Positions 17,000 to 25,914 of a stretch of DNA of 64,000 bases are shown here, in pieces. The DNA is from an uncultured Ferrovum sp. (GTDB lineage: Bacteria > Pseudomonadota > Gammaproteobacteria > Burkholderiales > Ferrovaceae): positions 4,766 to 68,765 of the forward strand of contig CAIPBT010000149.1 of the NCBI GenBank assembly GCA_903863375.1. The letters are read 5' to 3'. The notes under the pieces were generated by a model that searched no databases, was not told the DNA's origin, and saw only the letters and a program-made list of their open reading frames with translations. Numbering within the stretch: the stretch's first letter is position 1; each line of letters opens with the position of its first letter. The translations under genes and the position numbers were made by a program.

Positions 17000-19656
17000 A
17001 GTTTCAGTTCCCAGCGCAGGTTGACCACCGTGTGGGTGGCGCCATACACCTCGGTACTTTGTCGCTGGTTGAGGGAGGGCACCGCGATCCGGCTGCCCGT
17101 GTTGTAGTCGTGCGGCAGGAAATTGCTTACCGAGAGCCGCAGCTGTGAGCCCGGCGACAATACATAGACTGCATAGGCATCGGCAATGCCTTTCATCGAG
17201 CTGCTGCTGTCCTGGGTCAGCGTGGACTGGATGTGGGTGGGCGGTGTCCAGTTCAGATTGGTGCCCACGGTCAACGGCAAGGCCACGAAACGATAGTCGC
17301 CGCCCAGGTTGCCGACCGCGCGGGGTTGCTGGTCGATCCGGTTGTCGGGACCTGGCACGCCATCCACATTCGAGCGGTACAGGCTCAAGTTGGCGCGCAG
17401 ATTGACGGGCAGCGCCTCCGTCCAGATCTCGCTCAGCTTGAGCTTGGCTTCCAGTTCCGTGCCCCAGGTGACGGCGTTGCCGAAGTTTTGTGGTCGGGCC
17501 ACCCAGCGGGGGGTGGCCGACCAGCTGACACTCTCCAGCTCGGTGACGGTGCGGATCAGGTCGCGGATGTCCCGCCGGAACACGCTGGCGCTCAGGATGC
17601 TGCTGCCGCTCAGATAATATTCAAAGGCCAGATCGACGCCGTTGGCACGCTCTGGCCGCAGGTTTGGCGTGCCGACCTGGTCCGGCGCGTCGGCATTGTT
17701 GGTTTTCACAGACAGTACCGGCAAACCGGTGAGCTGGGCGAATGTGGGGGTCTTGTAGGACTGGGTCAGGCTCATACGGATCTGGCTGGGGCTTTTTTCA
17801 TCCGGCCGCCAGACGGCGTGCAGCAGGGGGGAGGCCACCACGCTGCGATTGTGGGCGTCATAGCCGGCGGCCGTACTGGCCGTGTCGATGCTTTCCCAGC
17901 GCAGGCCGGCATAGGCCGACCAGTGGGGCGAGGGGTCCCATTCGTCCTGTCCGTACAAGGCCAGCAGACGGGTGCCGATCTGCAGGTTGTCGCCCACATT
18001 GCCCAAACCCGGCTGGGGTGCGCCATCCTGCAGGGTGGTGGCCTGCTGCACGCGCTGGCTGTCTTCGATTTCCCAGCCCCCGACCAGGCTGTGACCCGCC
18101 GGAATTTTCCAGGACAGTTTGCCCTTGGTGTTCCAGCTGCGGTCGTCGATGGCGCTGTCGGTCTGCAGCGTGCGGCTGGTCTGGCCGGTATCGTCGGCCT
18201 CGACACGCAGGGCGTGGCTGTCGTTCTGGGCATCTCCCAGCGATCCGCTCACCTGCAGGCTGATCTCCGGGGTCAGTTGGGTTTGCCATTGGGCGTTGAG
18301 TCGGCCGATCAGGGTGCGACTGGTGCCGGTGGTGGCCGATGTGGCGTAGGGCAGCGGCGCAGTGCCAATCGGCTGGGTCAGCACCGTATCGGTCTGGGAT
18401 GTGCCATGGGAATAGAGCAGGAAGGGCTGCAGCGTTAGCACGTCCTTGTCCTGCAGCGGCAGACGGATGCGCGATGTCACGTGCACACCCTCGCGTACCG
18501 AGCGGCTGACTGCAGCCTCCTGTTGCTGCTGCTCGACGCTGGTGCCAGGGCTCGCGCCAACCGGTGTGCTGCCGTCCAGGGTCGATACCGTGGTGATGGT
18601 GTTGGTGTGATCGATCTGGTCACTGCGGAAGGGCGAGATCGTGAGGTTGTAGCTGCCGCCACCGTCGAGTCGTTCGTTGCGCGTCCACGTGGCGGCGGGC
18701 TGCATCCGGCCCTGCTCGTCGCCCAGGCTCAGCTGCAGTTCGCTGAAGTTTTTCGGCAGGGCATCGCGCAGCACGATGTTGATGGTGCCGGCAATCGCGC
18801 GTGCGCCAAATTCGGCGGTGGGCGCCTTGTAGATCTCGATGCGCTCGATCTGGTCCGGAGACAGCGTGTCGAGGGAAAAGCCCGGCGGGATGCGCTCGCC
18901 ATTTAGCAGGACCAACGTGTAGCCGCTGCCCATGCCGCGCATGCGGATCTCACCGCCCCGTCCCGGACGACCCCCGATGGTCACACCAGGCAGGCGCTTG
19001 AGGACGTCGGCCACCGTACTGTCGCCGTATTCCACAATCTGTTCCCGACCGATCACGATTTTGGCGGCGGTCGAATAGCGTCGCTCGTCCATGGCGGCAT
19101 CGCGTTTCACGGTGGCCTCGATCGGCGCGAGCGTAGCCGGCAGCGCACCGGCGGCCGCCTTTGCGGAAGCCCGGGCCGGAGCCGGAGTCGCCGCGGGAGC
19201 CGGAGCCGGTGTCGCGGCCGGAGCCGGAATCGGAGTCGCCGGCGTTGCCGGAGCCGAGGCACCCTGGGCGTCGGCGGGCGACTCGGGAACGCTGACGGGT
19301 GCTGTCATGACACCAGCAGGCGACCCCTGGACGGTGGCGGCTGCGCCAGAGTCTGCTGCGCCTGCGCCAGGGTCCGCTGCGGCTGCACCAGGCTCTGCTA
19401 CGGCTGCGCCAGGGCATGCCATCAGCCAGCCGGCGACGATGACCGACAGGCAGGTGATCCGCGAGACAGGCGTTGAGCGCTGTTCCGACAACCAGCAGGA
19501 AGCTGACCGCTGCGCAGTTGGCGCCACGGTCAGGGTACGGGAATGCGAAGCGGTGTGTGGCGTGCGTCCGGACGTCACGAACTGCAGGATCAGGTCAGGC
19601 GGCATGGTGGTTGTCTCTGGCTGCGCCAAGGACAGGAAGACGGCAAAGGCGCTCAT
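16996..19656 (-). CDS. TonB-dependent outer-membrane receptor
   Basis: Plug domain (ADVLKRLPGVTIGGRPGRGGEIRMRGMGSGYTLVLLNGERI, IERIEIYKAPTAEFGARAIAGTINIV) and a long barrel ending NLRWELKL. The true start is probably internal, for example TTG at 19491 before the signal peptide ...CLSVIVAGWLMACPGAAVA. An Ala/Pro-rich linker follows. Confidence 0.85.
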   Translation of the reverse strand: MSAFAVFLSLAQPETTTMPPDLILQFVTSGRTPHTASHSRTLTVAPTAQRSASCWLSEQRSTPVSRITCLSVIVAGWLMACPGAAVAEPGAAAADPGAGAADSGAAATVQGSPAGVMTAPVSVPESPADAQGASAPATPATPIPAPAATPAPAPAATPAPARASAKAAAGALPATLAPIEATVKRDAAMDERRYSTAAKIVIGREQIVEYGDSTVADVLKRLPGVTIGGRPGRGGEIRMRGMGSGYTLVLLNGERIPPGFSLDTLSPDQIERIEIYKAPTAEFGARAIAGTINIVLRDALPKNFSELQLSLGDEQGRMQPAATWTRNERLDGGGSYNLTISPFRSDQIDHTNTITTVSTLDGSTPVGASPGTSVEQQQQEAAVSRSVREGVHVTSRIRLPLQDKDVLTLQPFLLYSHGTSQTDTVLTQPIGTAPLPYATSATTGTSRTLIGRLNAQWQTQLTPEISLQVSGSLGDAQNDSHALRVEADDTGQTSRTLQTDSAIDDRSWNTKGKLSWKIPAGHSLVGGWEIEDSQRVQQATTLQDGAPQPGLGNVGDNLQIGTRLLALYGQDEWDPSPHWSAYAGLRWESIDTASTAAGYDAHNRSVVASPLLHAVWRPDEKSPSQIRMSLTQSYKTPTFAQLTGLPVLSVKTNNADAPDQVGTPNLRPERANGVDLAFEYYLSGSSILSASVFRRDIRDLIRTVTELESVSWSATPRWVARPQNFGNAVTWGTELEAKLKLSEIWTEALPVNLRANLSLYRSNVDGVPGPDNRIDQQPRAVGNLGGDYRFVALPLTVGTNLNWTPPTHIQSTLTQDSSSSMKGIADAYAVYVLSPGSQLRLSVSNFLPHDYNTGSRIAVPSLNQRQSTEVYGATHTVVNLRWELKL

Positions 19657-19710
19657 GATGCCGTGTTGTCGGCCTGCCGCCCACCGCCGCGACAGTTTGC
19701 GCGCAGCGGC

Positions 19711-22527
19711 TTAGTTGGAACTCGCCGTCGCGTGGTCGGAACGGGGCACGCGGTTGGCCAGCAGGCGGCGGATTTCCGGAACGCAGGAGCCACATTTGGT
19801 GCCGCAGGCCAGGGTTTGCTGCAGTTGCGCGAGGTCTGCCCCGGCCAGAATGGCGGCCTGGATCGCCGGTTCCGGCACATCCAGGCAGCTGCACACCACG
19901 CGCCCGCGCGACACGGTGGCCACCGGCGGTTGCAGCATCGGCGCCATCAGCCAGCGCCGCAGGTCTTGCACACTCTGCCCGGATACCATCAGGTCCTGCA
20001 GCCACGGGCGCGCCACGGTCTCGCCACACAGTCGCAGGGCGAGCAGGCGGTCCTGTTCGATGCGCGCCCGTTTGCTGATGCCCCGGCGCTGATCGGCGAA
20101 GCGCAGGCACTCGGGATGATCCAGGCCAAAGCAGGCATCCAGTTCCGCCAGCTGCTCGGCGTCCAGGGACTCATCATGGGCAATCCGCAGTACCAGCACC
20201 GGGGTGGCACGTCCGACCAGGAAGGTGCTGGCATAGGCGAATCGGGACAGCAAGGAGGCAAGACGGGCCTGCAGCGCGAGTACCGCGCCTTCCGCATCGG
20301 CAGAAGTCAGCCCGGTACGCAGCAACAGCACCTCATGCTCGAGATCGGCCGCGCTGATCTGCACCGCCGCAGCCTTCAGTTCCGGCTGGCGCGAATAGGG
20401 ATCCACGGCATGATCCATCAGGGCATTGACCCCGCTGTGGCTCAGACGTTGCGCGCCCCAATGCATGGCGACAAAGGCCTGTCCCCGCCGCACCTGGGCA
20501 TTGCTCTCGGCGCGCAGGATCACGCTGCCGCGACGGCTGCTGACGCGCACCAGGCCACCAGAGCGCAGGCCCCGCCACTCGAGATCCTCGGGATGCAGAT
20601 CGATGCGCGGCTCGTCGACATGGTTGTTGAGCTGGGCGACCTTGCCGGTCCGGCTCATGCCGTGCCACTGGTCGCGCAGGCGGCCACTGTTGAGTCGCAG
20701 GGGGTAGCGGGCATTGGTGGGTTCGGCGGTCAGCTGCTGCGTTGGCACCACAAAGCGCGCCCTGCCATTGGCGGTGGCAAAACGCCAGTCCGTGTAGAGA
20801 CGCACCGTGCCTTGGATTGCCCCGGACGGATAGGGCCACTGCTGTGGCCCATGCTGCTCCAGCCGGTCATGATCCAGTCCCGTAATATCGAGGTCCCGTC
20901 CGGCGGTGCTGCGCGCGTGTTCTGCAAAGATGGCCGCGGCATCTGCATACGGAAACAGCGTTTGCGCCCGGTCAGCGCAGTCTAGGGCGGCCCCCAGGCG
21001 GTGGGCAAAGTCGATGCCGATCCGCCAGTCATGGCGCGTCTCGCCCGGCGCCGGCACGGCCGGCACCACCCGGGTGATGCAGCGCTCGGAATTGGTCACC
21101 GTGCCGTCTTTTTCACTCCAGCTGGTGGCCGGCAACAGCAGGTCGGCAAAGGCCGCCGTTTCGGTGTCGACATAGGCTTCCTGCAGCACCACATAGGGGC
21201 AGGCTTGCAGGGCTTCGCGCACCAGGGCCTGTTGCGGCATCGACTGGGCCGGATTGGTGCACGCGATCCAGACGGCCTTGACCTTGCCCACGCGCATCGC
21301 TTCGAATAGTTCCACGGCAGTCAGGCCGGGTTGCGCCGGCACGCTGTCAATGCCCCAGAGGGCGGCCACCTCGGCCCGGTGGTCGGCATTGGCCAGATCG
21401 CGATGGGCCGACAGCAGGTTTGCCATGCCACCCACCTCCCGCCCGCCCATGGCATTGGGCTGACCGGTGAGCGAGAACGGTCCGCAACCCGGCCGCCCGA
21501 TCTTGCCGGTGGCCAACGACAGGGCGATCAGGGCGGTGCCGTTGTGCGAGCCGTGGATCGACTGGTTCAGTCCCTGGCACCACAGCGACAGCGCCGCCGG
21601 CGCCTCGCCCCACCAGCGTGCCGCCGTCTCGATATCCTTGGCATCGACACCACAGATGCCGGCGGCCACGGCCGGAGTGACTTCGCGCACATGCGCCTTC
21701 AGCGCCTCGAAGCCCTCGGTATGGTCGCGAATGAAGGCCTGGTCGACATGGCCCTCCCACAGCAGGACATGCAGCATCGCGTTGTACAACCAGATGTCGG
21801 TGCCCGGCAGGATCGCCAGATGCAGGTCAGCCATCGCAGCCGTGTCGGTGCGTCGTGGATCCACCACGATGATGCGCATGGCAGGACGACGTTCTCGCGC
21901 CGCCTCGATCCGGCGCAGGGCGACCGGGTGTGCATAGGCCATGTTGCTGCCGGTGATCAGCAGGCAGTCGGTGTGATCAAAGTCCTGGTAGCTGCACGGC
22001 GGCGCGTCGGCGCCCAGGGTCTGCTTGTAGGCCGCCACGGCGCTCGACATGCACAGCCGCGAATTGGTGTCGACATTGTTGGTGCCGATCAGCCCTTTGG
22101 CGACCTTGTTGAAGACGTAGTAATCCTCGGTCAGCAGCTGTCCCGACAGGTAAAACGCCACGGCATCCGGACCATGCTCACGGATCACGGCGGCGAAATG
22201 ATCGGCTGCCTCGGCGAGCGCGTCATTCCAGGAAATCTGCGTCAGCGTCGCGGCCGGGGCCGGATGGTCCGGGCTCCGCTCGCGTCGCAGCGGATGCAGC
22301 AGGCGCTGATGGGGGCGCGCCGTCAGGTGCAGGGTCGAGCCCTTGCTGCACAGCCGTCCGAGATTGGCGGGGTGATCCGGATCGCCCGCCACGTCGATCA
22401 CCTGCCCGCCCTGGTGCCGGATCAGTACACCACAACCCACACCGCAGTATGGACAGGTGCCACGGGTAGTTTGCAACGGCTCGTCGGACAGCGAGGACGG
22501 GGCGGTAACGGTCGGAAGGGAGGTCAT
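19711..22527 (-). CDS. nasA: Assimilatory nitrate reductase catalytic subunit (Mo-bisMGD) with C-terminal BFD-like 2Fe-2S domain
   Basis: N-terminal 4Fe-4S motif CPYCGVGCG...CSKG and a molybdopterin oxidoreductase body. The C-terminal segment is VCSCLDV...CGTKCGSCVPEIRRL. Confidence 0.9.
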   Translation of the reverse strand: MTSLPTVTAPSSLSDEPLQTTRGTCPYCGVGCGVLIRHQGGQVIDVAGDPDHPANLGRLCSKGSTLHLTARPHQRLLHPLRRERSPDHPAPAATLTQISWNDALAEAADHFAAVIREHGPDAVAFYLSGQLLTEDYYVFNKVAKGLIGTNNVDTNSRLCMSSAVAAYKQTLGADAPPCSYQDFDHTDCLLITGSNMAYAHPVALRRIEAARERRPAMRIIVVDPRRTDTAAMADLHLAILPGTDIWLYNAMLHVLLWEGHVDQAFIRDHTEGFEALKAHVREVTPAVAAGICGVDAKDIETAARWWGEAPAALSLWCQGLNQSIHGSHNGTALIALSLATGKIGRPGCGPFSLTGQPNAMGGREVGGMANLLSAHRDLANADHRAEVAALWGIDSVPAQPGLTAVELFEAMRVGKVKAVWIACTNPAQSMPQQALVREALQACPYVVLQEAYVDTETAAFADLLLPATSWSEKDGTVTNSERCITRVVPAVPAPGETRHDWRIGIDFAHRLGAALDCADRAQTLFPYADAAAIFAEHARSTAGRDLDITGLDHDRLEQHGPQQWPYPSGAIQGTVRLYTDWRFATANGRARFVVPTQQLTAEPTNARYPLRLNSGRLRDQWHGMSRTGKVAQLNNHVDEPRIDLHPEDLEWRGLRSGGLVRVSSRRGSVILRAESNAQVRRGQAFVAMHWGAQRLSHSGVNALMDHAVDPYSRQPELKAAAVQISAADLEHEVLLLRTGLTSADAEGAVLALQARLASLLSRFAYASTFLVGRATPVLVLRIAHDESLDAEQLAELDACFGLDHPECLRFADQRRGISKRARIEQDRLLALRLCGETVARPWLQDLMVSGQSVQDLRRWLMAPMLQPPVATVSRGRVVCSCLDVPEPAIQAAILAGADLAQLQQTLACGTKCGSCVPEIRRLLANRVPRSDHATASSN

Positions 22528-22551
22528 GAGGGCGTGTCGGGAAGGGAGGGC

Positions 22552-24237
22552 TCAGCCATGACGGCTCAACAACCAGGCCAGGACCAGGTTGAGCAGCAGC
22601 GAGGCGATGGTGACCAGTTGCAGGGTGCGCGACGGGTAGCGTTCGACCAGCGGCAGCCGCCGGGGAGTGGTCAGCGGCCGGTGGGCGCCGCGTTCCAGGG
22701 CCAGCAGGAATTCCTCGGCCGTTTCAAACCGGTCTGCGGGACGGATGGCAAGGCCGCGCAGCAGGATGTTTTCCAGCCAGTCCGGGGTTTCAGGCCGATA
22801 ACGGGTGGGGGGAACCGCCTGCCGGAACACCGGATGCTGGAAGGGTTCGATCTCGCCGTAAGGATATCGCCGGGTGAGCAGCTGGTACAGGGTGACCGCG
22901 CAGGCGTAGAGATCACTCGATACTGTGGCGGTGGCATCGCCAAATAGCTCGGGGGCCATGTAGCTTGGGGTGCCTGGATTGTTGATTTCCGCCAGACGCA
23001 GGCCGTCAGAGGCGGCCACGCCAAGGTCCAGGATGCGCAGCTGACCGTCCTGGCCCAGATGCAGGTTGTCCGGCTTGATGTCGCGATGCTGGATGTCGAG
23101 CCGATGCAGCTGGGCCAGCCCGCGCAGCAGGCGGCAGCCCAGGTCGATCACCTCCTGCAGGGTGAAGCGGTGGCCACGCTCCAGCCGCTGGCGCAGCGTC
23201 TCGCCGGGATACCAGTCCATCAGGTAATAGAGCCGGCTGCGCCGGGCATGCTTGCGCACCTGCGGGAAGGCGGCACCGATCGCGCGCCGGGCCAGCCATT
23301 CCTCATGAATCAGGGCACTGATCGACTCCTCGTCGCCGGCTTCCTCCCGCAGGGTCTTCAGCACCAGGCATTCGGTCTTGCCGTCCTGGATGCGCTCGAC
23401 CCGGTACAGCAGGGTGACCCGGGACTGGTGGATCACCTCCAGCACGCGCAGGTCGTCCAAGCTGTCACCCGCGCGTAGCCGCTCCGGCAAGGGCAGGCGC
23501 GCGCCCGAGAGCAGCTGGTCGCGCAGGTTCTCGGCCCCCGGTTCACTGACGGTTGCCACCAGCGCCGTGCAGTTGTCCTGTGAACCGGCCTGGATCGCGC
23601 TGGTGACGAGCAGGCGGGCTGCCTGCTCGTCGTCTGGGGTCTGGCGCAGCAGCGCGGTCAGCCGGGCCGGGTCCAGACTGTTCCAGACCCCATCCGTGCA
23701 GAGCAGGAAGCGGTCGCCGGCTTCCAGTTCTCCCGCCAGGATGTCGACCTGCAGGTGGGGATCGAGTCCCAGGGCCCGGCGCAGCACATTCGAGAGTTCC
23801 GGATGTGGCCAGGTGTGGTCTTCACTCAGCTGGGTGCAGTCGTCGCCGCGCAGCAGATAGGCCCGCGAATCGCCAATGTGGGCAAGATGAAACTGGCGGC
23901 CACGCAGCACCAGCGCGCTCAGCGTGGTGGCCATGCCGACCAGGGCGTCGGTTCGGCGCGCTTCCACCTGCAGCCAGCGGTTGATCGCCCGCAACACCTC
24001 GGTCAGGGATTTTTCCACGCTCCAGGTGTCCGGGGTGGCGTAGTAATCTGCGAGCAGGCTGCGCACGGCATACTCCGCCGCCTCCCGCCCCCGGGCATGG
24101 CCGCCAACACCATCGGCCACTGCCAGCACGATGCCCTTTTCGATCAGCACCTCATCCTGCGGCACGCTCGCCCCGGCATAGTCCTCGTTGTACGGACGCC
24201 GCCCGCTCTGACTTTCGTGCTGCAGTCGGACTTTCAT
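22552..24237 (-). CDS. Bifunctional PP2C phosphatase / Ser-Thr protein kinase, C-terminally membrane anchored
   Basis: PP2C motifs (NEDY, AVADGVGGH, CTDGV, DN.T), then a kinase core (LVLKTL, HRDIKPDNLHL, DLGVA, GTPSYMAPE) and a terminal TM segment LQLVTIASLLLNLVLAWLL. Confidence 0.85.
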   Translation of the reverse strand: MKVRLQHESQSGRRPYNEDYAGASVPQDEVLIEKGIVLAVADGVGGHARGREAAEYAVRSLLADYYATPDTWSVEKSLTEVLRAINRWLQVEARRTDALVGMATTLSALVLRGRQFHLAHIGDSRAYLLRGDDCTQLSEDHTWPHPELSNVLRRALGLDPHLQVDILAGELEAGDRFLLCTDGVWNSLDPARLTALLRQTPDDEQAARLLVTSAIQAGSQDNCTALVATVSEPGAENLRDQLLSGARLPLPERLRAGDSLDDLRVLEVIHQSRVTLLYRVERIQDGKTECLVLKTLREEAGDEESISALIHEEWLARRAIGAAFPQVRKHARRSRLYYLMDWYPGETLRQRLERGHRFTLQEVIDLGCRLLRGLAQLHRLDIQHRDIKPDNLHLGQDGQLRILDLGVAASDGLRLAEINNPGTPSYMAPELFGDATATVSSDLYACAVTLYQLLTRRYPYGEIEPFQHPVFRQAVPPTRYRPETPDWLENILLRGLAIRPADRFETAEEFLLALERGAHRPLTTPRRLPLVERYPSRTLQLVTIASLLLNLVLAWLLSRHG

Positions 24238-24337
24238 GGGCGGACCGGCATCATGGGCGTGTCACGGAGGTCATGGACAGGCTGGCGCAGCCGGCTGCGG
24301 ACCCAAGGCTGGCACAGAGGGGTACGCGCGATGCCGT

Positions 24338-25552
24338 TCAGATGCGTGCGCCGCTCAGGTGGGCGGCGCCCCAGGTGGTGCGCCAGCGCGTCTTCACCCG
24401 GCTCAAGCCGGCCAGCGCGGCCAGGGCCAGCCCGGCAAAAATCAGAAAACCCACCTGGTAGCTGCCGGTCAGCTGCCGCGCATAGCCGAGCGAGGAAGCC
24501 AGATAGAAGCCACCCACGCCGCCGGCCGCGCCGACCAGCCCGGTCATCACACCGATTTCTTTGCGGAAGCGCTGCGGCACCAGCTGGAACACCGCTCCAT
24601 TGCCTGTCCCCAGGCACAGCATCGCGCCGGCAAAGCCCAGCAGGGCCATCCAAGGGGCGGACAGGCCCACGCTGACGATGGTCAGGAATGCGGCTGCCAG
24701 GATGTACATCACGGACAACGCGCGCACCCCGCCGATCCGGTCCGAGACCATGCCGCCGATCGGCCGCACGGCCGATCCGGCGAACACGCAGGCCGCCGTG
24801 TAATACCCGGCCGTCTTGGCATCCAGACCATATTGGGTGTTGAAGTAGATCACCAGCGACGAGGACAGACCGACGAAACCGCCGAAGGTGACACCGTAGA
24901 AGAACATGAACCACCAGGCATCCGGATCCTTCAGCACAGCCAGATATTCCGCAGTGGTCTTGGGCGGCGGGGCATTCGGCGCATCCTTGGCCAGGAAGAA
25001 GAACAGCACCAGCACGATCGAGAGCGGAATCAGCGCCAGCCCGAACACATTGGTCCAGCCGAAGGCGGCCGCAAGACCTGGCGCAAACAGCGCGGCCAGC
25101 GCCGTGCCGGAGTTGCCGGCCCCGGCAATGCCCATCGCCTTGCCCTGATGCTGGGGCGGATACCAGCGCGAGGCAAGCGGCAGGGCGGCTGCAAAGCTGG
25201 CACCCGCCACCCCAAGGAAGCAGCCCAGCACCAGGGTTTCGTCAAAGCTGTGCACGCCGCGCAGCCAGGCCACGGCAAGCGCGGCAATCACCACCACCTG
25301 ACCGATCAGGCCGGCGGTGCGCGGTGAGAGCTTGTCCACCAGCACGCCCATCACCAGTCGCAGCACGGCACCAGCCAGCACGGGCGTGGCCACCATCAGG
25401 CCTTTCTGGCTGTGCGACAGCGCGAGGTCTTTGGCGATGCCAACACCCAAGGGGCCCAGCAGCACCCATACCATGAAGGCCAGGTCGAAATACAGAAAGG
25501 CGGCTAGCAGCGACGGCGTATGGCCAGATTCCAGGAAGGCGTCTTTTTTCAT
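24338..25552 (-). CDS. narK: MFS nitrate/nitrite transporter (NarK/NasA type)
   Basis: A 12-TM MFS protein. LAAFLYFDLAFMVWVLLGPLG and GAGNSGTA motifs are typical of NNP-family transporters. Confidence 0.85.
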   Translation of the reverse strand: MKKDAFLESGHTPSLLAAFLYFDLAFMVWVLLGPLGVGIAKDLALSHSQKGLMVATPVLAGAVLRLVMGVLVDKLSPRTAGLIGQVVVIAALAVAWLRGVHSFDETLVLGCFLGVAGASFAAALPLASRWYPPQHQGKAMGIAGAGNSGTALAALFAPGLAAAFGWTNVFGLALIPLSIVLVLFFFLAKDAPNAPPPKTTAEYLAVLKDPDAWWFMFFYGVTFGGFVGLSSSLVIYFNTQYGLDAKTAGYYTAACVFAGSAVRPIGGMVSDRIGGVRALSVMYILAAAFLTIVSVGLSAPWMALLGFAGAMLCLGTGNGAVFQLVPQRFRKEIGVMTGLVGAAGGVGGFYLASSLGYARQLTGSYQVGFLIFAGLALAALAGLSRVKTRWRTTWGAAHLSGARI

Positions 25553-25554
25553 GG

Positions 25555-25914
25555 TCAGGATCCTGCAACGGGAGAAAGGGAAACGAGGTGGAGATGGACG
25601 TGGCCGTCCTGGACGCGCACCGGATAGGTCGGCGTGCAGCCCTGGTCCGGGGCGATGGCTTCACCGCAGGCAAGGTCGATCTTCCAGGCATGCAGGGGGC
25701 AGGTGACGGTCTGGCCGTGCACGATGCCCTGGGACAACGGGCCCTGTTTGTGGGGACAGGCGTCGCGCAGCGCGAAGATCTGGTCGGCCTCATTCCGGAA
25801 AATCGCGACGTCACCGTCCGGGGTGCGCACCACTCGCGCACCCAGCACCGGAATCGCGTCAAGAGCGCAGATTGGGTGCCAACCCGTGGTGTCGATCAGG
25901 TCGTGCGCACTCAT
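25555..25914 (-). CDS. nirD: Assimilatory nitrite reductase small subunit (Rieske-like)
   Basis: WHPICALDAIPVLGARVV...ALRDACPHKQGPLSQGIV...CPLHAWKIDL. 4-nt overlap with nirB. Confidence 0.9.
   Translation of the reverse strand: MSAHDLIDTTGWHPICALDAIPVLGARVVRTPDGDVAIFRNEADQIFALRDACPHKQGPLSQGIVHGQTVTCPLHAWKIDLACGEAIAPDQGCTPTYPVRVQDGHVHLHLVSLSPVAGS

Noticed and set aside
19492-19710. Possible cobalamin riboswitch upstream of the TonB-dependent receptor
   Set aside because: No B12-box (GCCACTG-type core) or other conserved riboswitch segments could be found on the minus strand.
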